The notes under the pieces are model-generated. The model was given only the letters and a program-made list of their open reading frames with translations. It made no database searches and was not told where the DNA came from. The position numbers and the translations under genes are program-made. This document shows positions 46,044-55,316 of a stretch of DNA of 64,000 nucleotides, one piece after another. This DNA comes from an uncultured delta proteobacterium (GTDB taxonomy: Bacteria; Myxococcota; Myxococcia; Myxococcales; Anaeromyxobacteraceae): contig CAWHDZ010000021.1 in the NCBI GenBank assembly GCA_963828255.1, positions 1 to 64,000 on the forward strand, in the 5' to 3' direction. Within the stretch, counting starts at the first letter, position 1; the number at the start of each line of letters is the position of its first letter.

Positions 46044-46706
46044 TCAGGCGTTCCCGCCCAGTTCCTTGAGACGCCCGACCCGGTCGTAGGGCCGCCAGCG
46101 GAACCCGGCGCCGAGCGCCTCGGCAGCCCTCCGGCAGTCGTCCATCTCGAGACCCGGGACGGCCACGAAGCTGGCGTGGACCTCCGGGACGTGGCGCACC
46201 GCGGCACGGATGAACTCCCTCACAGCCTCCCAGGCGGACTCGCCGTACCGGTTCGGACAGAGGCGGAGGTAGGTGGCGGCGTCGGGCGCGTTCAGTGAAA
46301 CGACGACGGCGCCGAGTCCCGCGCCGGCCAGGTCCGGGGTGACGTCGCGCCCCTCCCGGAGGTTCGCCAGCCCGTCGGTGTCGAGGCGAACCCGCGAGAC
46401 GCCCGAGCCGACGAGCCGCCGGGTGATCTCGAGGAGCACGTCGAGCCTCCGGGTGGGTTCGCCAAGCCCCGTGAAGACGACCTCGGAACGGCCCGAGAGC
46501 CCCTGCCTCTCCACCTGCTCCCAGACCTCGTCGGCGGAGGGCGCGCGCGAGAGGCGCAGGTCGTACCCACCCACCACCCAGTCGTCGTCGCGGATCTTCG
46601 GGCAGAAGACGCAGGCGAGGGTGCAGGCCGAGGTGAGGTTCAGGTAGAGCGCGTCGCCGAGCGCATAGGCGAGGACCGGCGACGCGGCCGCGGTGCCGTC
46701 GTTCAC
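46044..46706 (-). CDS. TatD-associated radical SAM protein
   Basis: 'LYLNLTSACTLACVFC', 'EVVFTGLGEPT', 'RVRLDTDG', 'VSLNAPD'. Confidence 0.85.
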   Translation of the reverse strand: MNDGTAAASPVLAYALGDALYLNLTSACTLACVFCPKIRDDDWVVGGYDLRLSRAPSADEVWEQVERQGLSGRSEVVFTGLGEPTRRLDVLLEITRRLVGSGVSRVRLDTDGLANLREGRDVTPDLAGAGLGAVVVSLNAPDAATYLRLCPNRYGESAWEAVREFIRAAVRHVPEVHASFVAVPGLEMDDCRRAAEALGAGFRWRPYDRVGRLKELGGNA

Positions 46707-46715
46707 CAGGAGAGC

Positions 46716-47018
46716 TTAATCGTCCGCGGGGCGGTGGCCACTGCACCCGAGGCAGAAGCGCGCCTCGGGGATGGCGCGGAGGCGCTGGAGCCCGAGCGGG
46801 CCTCCGCAGGAACTGCAAGATCCGTAGTTGCCCTGGGCGATCCGGCCCAGAGCCGCCTCGACCTCGGCTATCTCGCGGGCCACGCTCGGCGCGGGCACCG
46901 CCTCCGGGAGCACCTCTTCCGCGGCGAAGCCCGTGGGTCCGTGGATGTCATGGGCGCGCTGCAAGGCCTCTCTCCGGTTGAGGAGGAGGGAGCGTGCCTC
47001 TGTTTCGATCCGGCTCAT
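46716..47018 (-). CDS. TraR/DksA-family C4 zinc-finger protein
   Basis: 'EAALGRIAQGNYGSCSSCG...RLRAIPEARFCLGC'. Confidence 0.85.
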   Translation of the reverse strand: MSRIETEARSLLLNRREALQRAHDIHGPTGFAAEEVLPEAVPAPSVAREIAEVEAALGRIAQGNYGSCSSCGGPLGLQRLRAIPEARFCLGCSGHRPADD

Positions 47019-47062
47019 GCTCTGGGTGGGTCTCCCGCCACGCTGGGCTCGGGGCGTTTCAT

Positions 47063-47157
47063 TACACGTGGCGTGCCGAACCGGAACCAACCGGATTCAG
47101 GGGGGGTTCCGTCGCACCCGTTGCGCCGGGGCGCCCGACGCACGCATCCGTTGCGCC
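47063..47157 (-). promoter_or_regulatory. Putative sigma54 promoter with two upstream CGCA-N5-TGCG sites
   Basis: Minus strand CGGCACG-ccac-GTGTA (47078-63); 15-bp near-direct repeats cgca(c/t)ccgttgcgcc at 47113-27 and 47143-57. Confidence 0.55.
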
Positions 47158-47161
47158 CCGG

Positions 47162-47557
47162 CTACCCCTCGCGCAGCAAGCCAACCAGGGCGCGGAGCGC
47201 GTCGGTCGAGGTGAAGATGCCCACCAGCGTGGCGTTCTCCACGACGAGTGCCGAGCCTTGCTTGCTCTTCGCCATCGCCTCGGCGACCTCGGCGAGAGAT
47301 GCGTCGGGAGGGACCACGAAAGGCTCGTCGCTCATCGCCTCCTCGACCATCTCGCGCCCGACGTCCACGCCGCGGAGCGTCTCGAGCAGGTAGAGGTCGC
47401 GCTGCGACACCACGCCGACGAGCTTCCCGTCCAGGACGACCGGGAGGTGGCGCACGCCTCGCTCCCGCATCGTCTGATGGGCCTCGGCGAGCGTCTGGCG
47501 CGTCGTGATGGTGTGCGGCGTCGGGGTCATGAAGCGGCGGATCTCGTGGCGCGGCAT
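47162..47557 (-). CDS. Tandem CBS-domain protein
   Basis: 'FMTPTPHT...VRHLPVV...LVGVVSQRDL' and 'AMSDEP...LVGIFTSTDAL'. Confidence 0.9.
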   Translation of the reverse strand: MPRHEIRRFMTPTPHTITTRQTLAEAHQTMRERGVRHLPVVLDGKLVGVVSQRDLYLLETLRGVDVGREMVEEAMSDEPFVVPPDASLAEVAEAMAKSKQGSALVVENATLVGIFTSTDALRALVGLLREG

Positions 47558-47643
47558 CGCGTCCTCCCTTCGATTCCCCGACTAGCGTAACTCCGGAACC
47601 CGCGGTTGTCTCTGAACCCCTCCTGGGTTAGCTTCCGCGGACC

Positions 47644-49262
47644 ATGGAGAAGACCTGGGTCAAGGACGTGAAGGAAGGCGAGCGCGTGAAGGCCATCTTC
47701 GCGGTGGCTCGCAAGGCCGTGCCGACCGCCAAGAGCGGCAAGAGCTACCTCGCGGCCACCCTGGTGGACCGCACGGGGGAGATCGAGGCCCGCTCCTTCG
47801 ACCGTGTCGAGGAGCTCTCGGCCCTCTTCGAGGAGAAGGACCTGGTCGAGGTCGAGGGCGCCATCGGCTCCTTCCAGGGCAAGCCGCAACTCCGCTTCGA
47901 GTCGATCGTCAAGGTCGATCCCTCCGTCGCCGGGATCGACGCCGCCGACTTCGCCTGGGTGGCGCCTCCCGAGCCGCGCAAGCCGGAGAAGGCTCCGGCC
48001 GACGATGCCCCCGACACGACCTGGACCGAGCTGGTCGGCCTCGTCGAGGCCATCACCGACGTCCACGTGAAGGAACTCGTGAAGGCCTTCCTGGCCGACG
48101 ACGACCTGGTCTCCCGCCTGCGCCGCGCGCCCGCCGCGAAGAGCGTGCACCACGCCTACGCGGGAGGGCTGCTCGAGCACACCGTGGCCTGCATCAAGCT
48201 CTCCCACCGGGTCGCCGATCAGTACCCGCAGCTCGACCGCGACCTGCTCGTGGCCGGCGCCTTCTTCCACGACCTGGGCAAGATCCGCGAGCTCGGCTAC
48301 GAGCGCGGCGTCGAGTACACCGACGAGGGACGGCTGGTCGGCCACCTGGTCATGGCCGCGCAGTGGATCCACGAGAAGGCCCGGCGCGTGGGCGTGCCCC
48401 GCGAGCTCGAGCAGCACGTGGTCCACCTCGTGCTCGCCCACCACGGCAAGCTGGAGTTCGGGTCGCCGAAGACCCCGGTGACCCTCGAGGCGCTGGTCAC
48501 CCACTTCATCGACGACCTCGACAGCCGGGTGAACTCCTGGCTCGGGCTCATGGGGCGCGAGAGCGGGTCGCGCCGCTGGACCGACTCCCAGAACATCTAC
48601 GGCCACCACATCTGGCGCGGCACGCTGCCGACGGCCCAGGTGGAGAAGAAGGCCCCCCCGCCCGAGCTCATGACCCCGGTGATCTACGTCCCCCGGCCGG
48701 CCGCGAACGGGCAGGCCCAGCGGAAGGCGCAGGAGAAGAAGGCCAGGCCGGTCCGGCCGCCGCGCCCCGAGCGCACCGAGCCAAGGCCCGCCACCGAGGG
48801 GGCCACCGCCGCCGCACCTGCCGCGGAGAGCGCCCCGCCGCGCCCGGAGCGGACCGAGGCTCCTCCCCGCGCCGAGCGCCCTCCCCGTCCAGACCGGCCC
48901 GACCGCGGCCCGCGCGGTCCTGGAGGCCCGGGCGGTCCCGGAGGTCCCGGCGACCGCAAGCCCAGGTACATGGGGCCGCGCCTCCCCGGCGACAGGGGCC
49001 CGACCGCCCGCCCGGACAAGCCGAAGAGCCTCACCCACAACCCCTTCGCCGCGCTCGCGGCCAAGGTCGAGGCGGAGCGTGGAGCGCCGGTGGCCGAACA
49101 GCAGCCGGAGGCGTCGCCTCCCGAGGTCGCCGCCGAGGCCCACGCCGAGGCCGCTCCCGAGACGACCCACGGGTCCGCGCAGGTCGCCGCTCCCGAGGCT
49201 CCCCCCCGGCTCCTCCGGTCGAGGCCGCACCGGCCCCGACGGGTGGCGATCCCGCCGCCTAG
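47644..49262 (+). CDS. YhaM-like OB-fold/HD-domain exoribonuclease with long low-complexity tail; apparent -1 frameshift in the C7 run at 49201
   Basis: OB fold 'GKSYL...DRTGEIEA', 'PAAKSVHHAYAGGLLEHT', 'FHDLGK', 'HHGKLEFGSP', 'DDLDS'. Adding one C gives a stop at 49260-62 just before the next gene. Confidence 0.82.
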
Positions 49263-49268
49263 TCCCCA

Positions 49269-49991
49269 GTGCTCCCGTTCGGCCGCACCGCCGCGATCTT
49301 CGACGTCGACGACTCGCTCCTCGACGGCAACGCCGGCACGATCTTCAGCTGGTACCTCTACAGCGAGAAGATCATGCTCCCGGAGATCCGGTCGCGGATC
49401 CCGCGGCTGGTCTACGAGTTCGCGCGCCGTCGCCTGGGCGAGAAGGACATGGTCGAGCTGGGCTCGCAGTGCCAGGCCGGACTCTGGGTGGACGACATCC
49501 GGACCCACGCCCAGGCCTGCTTCGAGCGGCACCTCCGGGGGCGCATCACCGAGGGTGCGGTGCGGCAGATCCGCAAGCACTTGCTCTCCGGCCACTACGT
49601 CCTCATCGCCTCCGGCTCCCCGCAGGCCATCGTGGACGAGGTGGCGCGCCACCTGCGCGTCCACGGCGCCATCGGGACCCGCACCCGCTCCGTGGACGGC
49701 AAGGCCACCTCCGACATCCTGGCTCCCATCGTCTTCCAGGACGGCAAGCGGCAGGCCGTCGCCACCGCCCTGGCCGCCCAGGGCATCCCCCTCTCGCGGT
49801 GCTGGCTCTACTCCGACTCGGCCGCGGACATCCCGCTCTTCGAGGCGGTCGGCCACCCGGTGGTGGTGAATCCCAAGGAGCCGTTCCGGATCGAGGCCGA
49901 GCAGCGCGGCTGGCCGGTGGTCCGGTGGAAGGAGCGCACCAAGGAGGCCCAGGTGGACCTCGCATCGGAGTGGACCAGCTGGGATGGTTGA
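49269..49991 (+). CDS. HAD-IB family hydrolase
   Basis: 'IFDVDDSL', 'IASGS', 'YSDSAADIPL', 'VVNP'. Confidence 0.88.
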   Translation: MLPFGRTAAIFDVDDSLLDGNAGTIFSWYLYSEKIMLPEIRSRIPRLVYEFARRRLGEKDMVELGSQCQAGLWVDDIRTHAQACFERHLRGRITEGAVRQIRKHLLSGHYVLIASGSPQAIVDEVARHLRVHGAIGTRTRSVDGKATSDILAPIVFQDGKRQAVATALAAQGIPLSRCWLYSDSAADIPLFEAVGHPVVVNPKEPFRIEAEQRGWPVVRWKERTKEAQVDLASEWTSWDG

Positions 49992-50002
49992 ACACCGCCT
50001 CG

Positions 50003-50782
50003 CTATGCGAGTCGGAAGAACCTCTTCACGTTGGCGGTGGTCACCTCGGCCACCTCCCCCGGACTCACCCCCCACAGTTCCGCCACCTTCGCCGCCACGT
50101 GCACCACGTGGGCCGGCTCGTTCCGCTTCCCCCGGAACGGCACCGGCGCCAGGAACGGGCTGTCGGTCTCCACCATCAGCCTGTCCCGCGGGATCCTCCG
50201 GACCGCCTCCCGGATTCCCTCCGCGGCCTTGAAGGTGACGATGCCGGCCACCGAGACGTGCATCCCCAGGTCGAGGTAGGTCCGCGCCGCCTCCCAGTCG
50301 CCGGTGAAGCAGTGGATGACCCCACCCGCCGCCGGCAGCCCCTCCTCGCGAAGGATCGCCGCGCAGTCGGCGTCGGCCTCCCGCACGTGGACCACCACTG
50401 GCTTCTCCACGCTCCGCGCGATCCGGATCGACCGCCTGAAGCTCTCCCGCTGCACCTCGCGCGGCGAGAGGTCGTAGTGGTAGTCGAGCCCGGTCTCGCC
50501 CACCGCGACCACGGCGGGGTCGGCGGCGAGCCGCGCGCTCTCCTCCCAGTCGGCCTCCGGAACCTGGGCGCACTCGTGCGGGTGGATGCCGGCCGTGGCG
50601 GCGAAGACCGCCGGCCGGGTCCGGGCCAGCTCGACTGCGTTCCCGAAGTTCCCCGGCGACCGCCAGAGCCCGACCACGACGATCCGGTCCACGCCGGCCG
50701 CGGCGGCGCGGGACACCACCCCGTCGATCTCGCCCTGGAAGTCCTCGAAGTCGAGGTGGGCGTGGGAGTCGACGAGACTCAC
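50003..50782 (-). CDS. tatD: TatD-family nuclease
   Basis: 'DSHAHL', 'GIHPH', 'VGETGLDY', 'HVRE', 'HCF', 'ETDSPFLAP'. Confidence 0.93.
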   Translation of the reverse strand: MSLVDSHAHLDFEDFQGEIDGVVSRAAAAGVDRIVVVGLWRSPGNFGNAVELARTRPAVFAATAGIHPHECAQVPEADWEESARLAADPAVVAVGETGLDYHYDLSPREVQRESFRRSIRIARSVEKPVVVHVREADADCAAILREEGLPAAGGVIHCFTGDWEAARTYLDLGMHVSVAGIVTFKAAEGIREAVRRIPRDRLMVETDSPFLAPVPFRGKRNEPAHVVHVAAKVAELWGVSPGEVAEVTTANVKRFFRLA

Positions 50783-52872
50783 TTGACCCGCGTGCCGGGG
50801 GCCACGCCCTCGTCCACCAGGATCACCCGGGGTGGATCCCCCGCGGCGAGAAGCATCCCCTGGGAGGTGATCCCCCGCAGCGCGCGCGGCTCGAGATTGG
50901 CCACGACGACGATGCGCCGGCCCACCAGCGCTTCCGGCTCCGGGTAGGACATCGCGATCCCGGCCACGATGGTGCGCGGTTCCGCCTCGCCGACGTCCAC
51001 GGTGAGCTGGAGAAGCTTGTCTGCCTTGGGAACCCGCACCGCGGCGCCGACGAGCGCCACCTTGAGCTCGACCTTCATGAAGTCGTCGAAGCCGATGACC
51101 CCGGTGGCCGGCGGCGCCGCCGGCGTGGGGGCCGGAGCCTCGGGCGCCCGGGCGGTCACCTTGCTCGCGGTCTCGGCCGGGCTCGCGCCCTGGGAGACCC
51201 GGGGCGCCTCGCCCTCGGGCGCGGCCACCAGCTTCGCCACCTGCTTCGCGTCGAGCCGCGCGATCTGCGGCGGCCTGCCCCGCGCCACCACCGGCGCACC
51301 CACGAAGGGGTCGAAGTCGGCGCCCCAGGCTCCCGGTCGCGACTGGCCGAAGGCCGCGCAGAGGTCGTCGGCGAAGACCGGCATCACCGGCCAGAGCATC
51401 ACCGAGATGGCGCGGAGGGCGCGGGCGCAGGAGAGGAGCAGCTTCCGGGAGGCCGGCGACGTCGGGGACTCCCAGGGCTTCCAGGTTTGAAGGTTCTTGT
51501 TGCAGGTGTCGGCGACCTGGTTCACGAGCCGCACCACCTCGCGGTACTCGAGCGCCTGGTAGGCCGGGCGCGAAAGCCGCAGCGCCTCGCGGGTCACGCC
51601 AGCGATGCCCTCGTCCGGATCGCCGGTGAGATCCCCGCCGGCCCGCTCCACCAGCGCGAAGACGCGCGATGCGAGGTTGGCCACGTTGTTGGCCAGGTCG
51701 GCGTTGATGCGGTTCCGGAACTCGTCGAGCGAGAGGTCGAGGTCGGAGACCCCCGGACCGAGGTTGGCGGCGTAGTAGTAGCGCAGCAGTTGCGGGTCGA
51801 GGCCGGCGTCGAGGTAGGTCTTCGCCGTGACGAAGGTGCCACGCGACTTGGACATCTTCTCCCCGTTCACCGTGAGGTGGCCGTGCACCGCCAGCCGGTG
51901 CGGCAACTTGAGCCCCGCCGCCCCCAGCATGGCCGGCCAGAAGACGGCGTGGAATCGGAGGATGTCCTTGCCGATGAAGTGCTCGAGGCGCGAGGGCGAG
52001 CCGGGAGCGAGGTAGGTGGCCTCGTAGGCCGCCGGATCGAGCCGATCGGCGGGGGGCGCCTCGTCGGCGAAGTAGCGCTCCCCGGACGACAGGTAGCCGA
52101 TGGGGGCGTCGAGCCAGACGTAGATGAACTTCCCCGGGAAGTCTGCGTCGTTCACCGGGAATCCGAAGTAGGGCGCGTCGCGGGTGATGCACCAGTCCTG
52201 GAGGTCGTCGAGCCAGCCCTTCACCTGCTCCCTCACCGCCGCGTCGAGGTGCCCCTCCCCCTCCACCCAGGCCCGGATGGCCGGCTCCACCTTCTTGAGA
52301 TCGACGTAGGCGTGGTCGCTGGCGCGGACCACCGGGGAGGTTCCGCAGATCGCGCAGCGGGGGTCCTTCAGCTCCCGCGGATCGTAGGTGGTCCCGCACT
52401 TCTCGCAGACGTCGCCGTACTGGCCGGGCGTGGCGCACTTCGGGCAGGCGCCCTTCACGAAGCGGTCGGGGAGGAACCGGCCGTCCTTCTCGCAGAAGAG
52501 CTGCTCGACCGACTTCCTGTAGATGAGCCCGCGCGACTTGAGCGCATCCCAGATGCGCCAGGCCCACTTCCGGTTCTCGTCCGAATCGGTCGTGTAGTAG
52601 GTGGAGAAGTCCACGCCGAAACGCTGGAAGTCCTGGTGCTGCTCCTTCCGGTAGCGCTCCACGAACTCCTTCGGCGACACGCCAGCCTTCGACGCGTTCA
52701 CCTCGATGGGCGTACCGTGCGAGTCGGCCGCGCAGACGTAGGTGACGTCGTCCCCCAGCGAGCGCCGGTAGCGGACGTAGACGTCGGTCTGGATGTACTC
52801 GACCAGGTGGCCGAGGTGGATCGACCCGTTGGCGTAGGGCAGCGCGCTGGTCACGAGGATCTTCTGGCTCAA
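50779..52872 (-). CDS. metG: Methionyl-tRNA synthetase with C-terminal tRNA-binding domain
   Basis: 'TSALPYANGSIHLGH', Zn knuckle Cys motifs, 'YVWLDAPIGY', KMSKS, 'VANLEPR...SQGMLLAA'; TTG start. Confidence 0.96.
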   Translation of the reverse strand: MSQKILVTSALPYANGSIHLGHLVEYIQTDVYVRYRRSLGDDVTYVCAADSHGTPIEVNASKAGVSPKEFVERYRKEQHQDFQRFGVDFSTYYTTDSDENRKWAWRIWDALKSRGLIYRKSVEQLFCEKDGRFLPDRFVKGACPKCATPGQYGDVCEKCGTTYDPRELKDPRCAICGTSPVVRASDHAYVDLKKVEPAIRAWVEGEGHLDAAVREQVKGWLDDLQDWCITRDAPYFGFPVNDADFPGKFIYVWLDAPIGYLSSGERYFADEAPPADRLDPAAYEATYLAPGSPSRLEHFIGKDILRFHAVFWPAMLGAAGLKLPHRLAVHGHLTVNGEKMSKSRGTFVTAKTYLDAGLDPQLLRYYYAANLGPGVSDLDLSLDEFRNRINADLANNVANLASRVFALVERAGGDLTGDPDEGIAGVTREALRLSRPAYQALEYREVVRLVNQVADTCNKNLQTWKPWESPTSPASRKLLLSCARALRAISVMLWPVMPVFADDLCAAFGQSRPGAWGADFDPFVGAPVVARGRPPQIARLDAKQVAKLVAAPEGEAPRVSQGASPAETASKVTARAPEAPAPTPAAPPATGVIGFDDFMKVELKVALVGAAVRVPKADKLLQLTVDVGEAEPRTIVAGIAMSYPEPEALVGRRIVVVANLEPRALRGITSQGMLLAAGDPPRVILVDEGVAPGTRVK

Positions 52873-54245
52873 GCGGTCCTCCTCTCCCGGTCCGGTGCGC
52901 CGAGCACCCCGACGAGCCAACGCTCGACGAGGATGGCGCCGTCCGACCCGGTCTTCATGGAGTGGTCGGCCTCGGCGAGCGAGGCGAGCCCGGTGAGGAG
53001 CTCCTCGCGCCCGAAGCGCAGGGCGGCCTGGTACTTCATCCACAGGCCGTAGGGTTTGCGTTCCTTCAGCTCGGCCGGATCGATGGATGGCAGCACGCTC
53101 GCGTTCCACTCGGCGAACGAGCCGACCCGGCGGCCGCCGGCGGCGATCCGCCCCCGCTCCCGCTCCACCAGCATGCGGCGGACCGTGCCGGCGAGCGAGC
53201 CCACCAGCATGTGGGGGCTCGCCCCGTCGGCGAGGCTGCGGCGGAGCACCGCCAGCGCCCCGGGGAGATCGCGCGACTCGACGGCGTTGCCGAGCGCGAA
53301 GAACGGGTCGGCGGCGGTCCGGACCACGAGTGCGTCCACGTCCTCGGCCCGGATCACCTTGCGATCGCCCACGAAGGTCGCGAGCTTGGCCACCTCGGCG
53401 GCGAGCGCCCGGGCGTCCGCCCCCAGAAGCGCCGCCAGCCGGGCCTCGGCCCCTGCGTCCACGGACTTCCCGGTGCCGGAGAGCGTCTCGGCGAGCAGCG
53501 GGCCGATGACGGGGCGCTGCGCGTCCCAGGTGCCCTCGCTCTGGATGGCCACCGGGATCCGGCTCCCGGCCGCGGCGAGCCGCTTCACCAGGGGAAGCCG
53601 GCCGTCCACCTTGCCGGCGGCGAGCACCAGGACGTGACCGGGGGGGAGCCCCTTCTCGAGGAGCGCCTCGAGGGCGGACGTGTCGTCCCGCGCCGCCTGG
53701 AGGTTCTTCTCCCCGGCATACCGGCCCGCCTCGGAGAGGAAGGCGCCGTCCTCCGGCCGCAGCCCGTCGTCACCCTGGAGCTTCTCCTCCCACTCCGCGG
53801 GCGTCGGCGGCGAATCGCCGGCCAGGTCGGCGGTGGACCAGCCGAGGCGGGCGGCCAGCGCCACCAGCCGCCGGGCCGCCTCCCGCTGCCGCCCCTCGCG
53901 CCACATGTCGCTCGCCTTGGCGAAGGCGCCGGCCAGGTCCTCCTTGGACTGGAGGAAGGCCGGTTCCACCACGAGCACCACCTTCGACCCTCCGAACAGG
54001 CCACCGGTGGCGAGCTCGGAGGCGACCTCCCCGGGCCCGGCCGCGCCGTCCACCTCCACCAGGTTGAGGGAGCGCTGCGCCTCCGGGACCAGCGCGAACG
54101 CGATGGTGCGGGCCGCCCGGAGCGTGAGGAAGGCGTCGCCGTCGAGCAGGTAGACCGGCGAGGGCGTCCCTCCCCGGATGGCGGCGAGCACGTCGTCCAG
54201 GCTCGGCGAGGGCTCCTTGGCCTTCCGGGCCGGAGGCCTAGCCAT
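52869..54245 (-). CDS. holA: DNA polymerase III delta subunit, extended form
   Basis: 'PVYLLDGD', 'GLFGGSKVVLV', 'VDGRL', 'EVAKLATF', 'DVDALV', 'EADHSMKTG'. Confidence 0.8.
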   Translation of the reverse strand: MARPPARKAKEPSPSLDDVLAAIRGGTPSPVYLLDGDAFLTLRAARTIAFALVPEAQRSLNLVEVDGAAGPGEVASELATGGLFGGSKVVLVVEPAFLQSKEDLAGAFAKASDMWREGRQREAARRLVALAARLGWSTADLAGDSPPTPAEWEEKLQGDDGLRPEDGAFLSEAGRYAGEKNLQAARDDTSALEALLEKGLPPGHVLVLAAGKVDGRLPLVKRLAAAGSRIPVAIQSEGTWDAQRPVIGPLLAETLSGTGKSVDAGAEARLAALLGADARALAAEVAKLATFVGDRKVIRAEDVDALVVRTAADPFFALGNAVESRDLPGALAVLRRSLADGASPHMLVGSLAGTVRRMLVERERGRIAAGGRRVGSFAEWNASVLPSIDPAELKERKPYGLWMKYQAALRFGREELLTGLASLAEADHSMKTGSDGAILVERWLVGVLGAPDRERRTA

Positions 54246-55260
54246 GGAACCACCCCACCAGCATGCGCTCGAGCGCGAGCGGTCCGGCCGCGTTGTGGCG
54301 GAGTGCGAGAAGCGCGCGGCGCACCGACTCGATCCGGCGCAGCGCCGCCTCGGGGCCGAGCCGGGCCGCGGCGGACGTGGCGTCCTCCAGATCGACGAGT
54401 GCGAGGGGGGCGCTCTCGCCCGCCGCTGCGCGGGCGAGGACGTCCCGCAGCCAGACGAGCAAGAGCTCGCACACCTCCCGCGCGCGCTCCCGCTTCGACC
54501 CGTGGCGCGCCGCGAAGGCGATCCAGGGGCGGGCGTCGTCGGCGGGGAGCGCCGCCGCCTCCAGGACGGCCTCGCGCCGCGCGCCCATGGCTTCCTCGTC
54601 GAGCAGGAGCGCCTTGCCGAGCGAGCCACCGGCCAGCGTGACGGCGAGACGGGCCGCCTCCGGGGAGCGACCGGCGGCGGCGAGCCGCTCCTCGAGAAGG
54701 GCGTCGGGCAGCGGGGCGAATGGAAGGCGCAGGCAGCGGGAGCGCACCGTGGGGAGCAGCCCGTCGGCCGACGACGAGACCAGCACCAGCGTGGTATCCG
54801 GCGGCGGCTCCTCGAGGGTCTTCAGGATCGCGTTCTGGGCCTGCGGGTTCATGGCGTCGGCCGGGTCGATGAGCACGAAGCGGCGCCGTCCCTCGAAGCG
54901 GCGAAGCGAGAGACGCCGGTCCACCAGTTCCCTGACCTGGTCCACCACGATGTCGCGCGACGGCGTTCGCCCGCCCTTGGGCTCCCACCGGCCGGCCCGG
55001 GCCATGTCCCGCTCCCGCTCGACCACCAGGACGTCGGGGTGGACCCCGCGGGCGATCTTGCGGCAGGGCGAGCAGGTCCCGCAGGCGTCGCCGTCGGCAC
55101 GGTCGCAGTTGGCGGCCTGGGCGAGCAACCGGGCCACCGTGCCCTTGCCGACCCCCTCCGGGCCGGCGAAGAGGTAGGCGTGGTGAAGGCCGCCGCGGCG
55201 GACCGCGGCGCGCAGGGCGTCCACGGCCCTCTCCTGGCCGATGATCTCCGCGAAAGGCAT
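54238..55260 (-). CDS. holB: DNA polymerase III delta' subunit
   Basis: 'IIGQ', 'HAYLFAGPEGVGK', 'CGTCSPC', 'HPD', 'AQNAILKTLEEPP', 'TVRSRC'. Confidence 0.93.
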   Translation of the reverse strand: MPFAEIIGQERAVDALRAAVRRGGLHHAYLFAGPEGVGKGTVARLLAQAANCDRADGDACGTCSPCRKIARGVHPDVLVVERERDMARAGRWEPKGGRTPSRDIVVDQVRELVDRRLSLRRFEGRRRFVLIDPADAMNPQAQNAILKTLEEPPPDTTLVLVSSSADGLLPTVRSRCLRLPFAPLPDALLEERLAAAGRSPEAARLAVTLAGGSLGKALLLDEEAMGARREAVLEAAALPADDARPWIAFAARHGSKRERAREVCELLLVWLRDVLARAAAGESAPLALVDLEDATSAAARLGPEAALRRIESVRRALLALRHNAAGPLALERMLVGWFHG

Positions 55261-55316
55261 TGGGCGCGGGGAAGATAACACGGAGGCGGCGCCGCCGCGG
55301 GGGCTCCGGACCGGCC

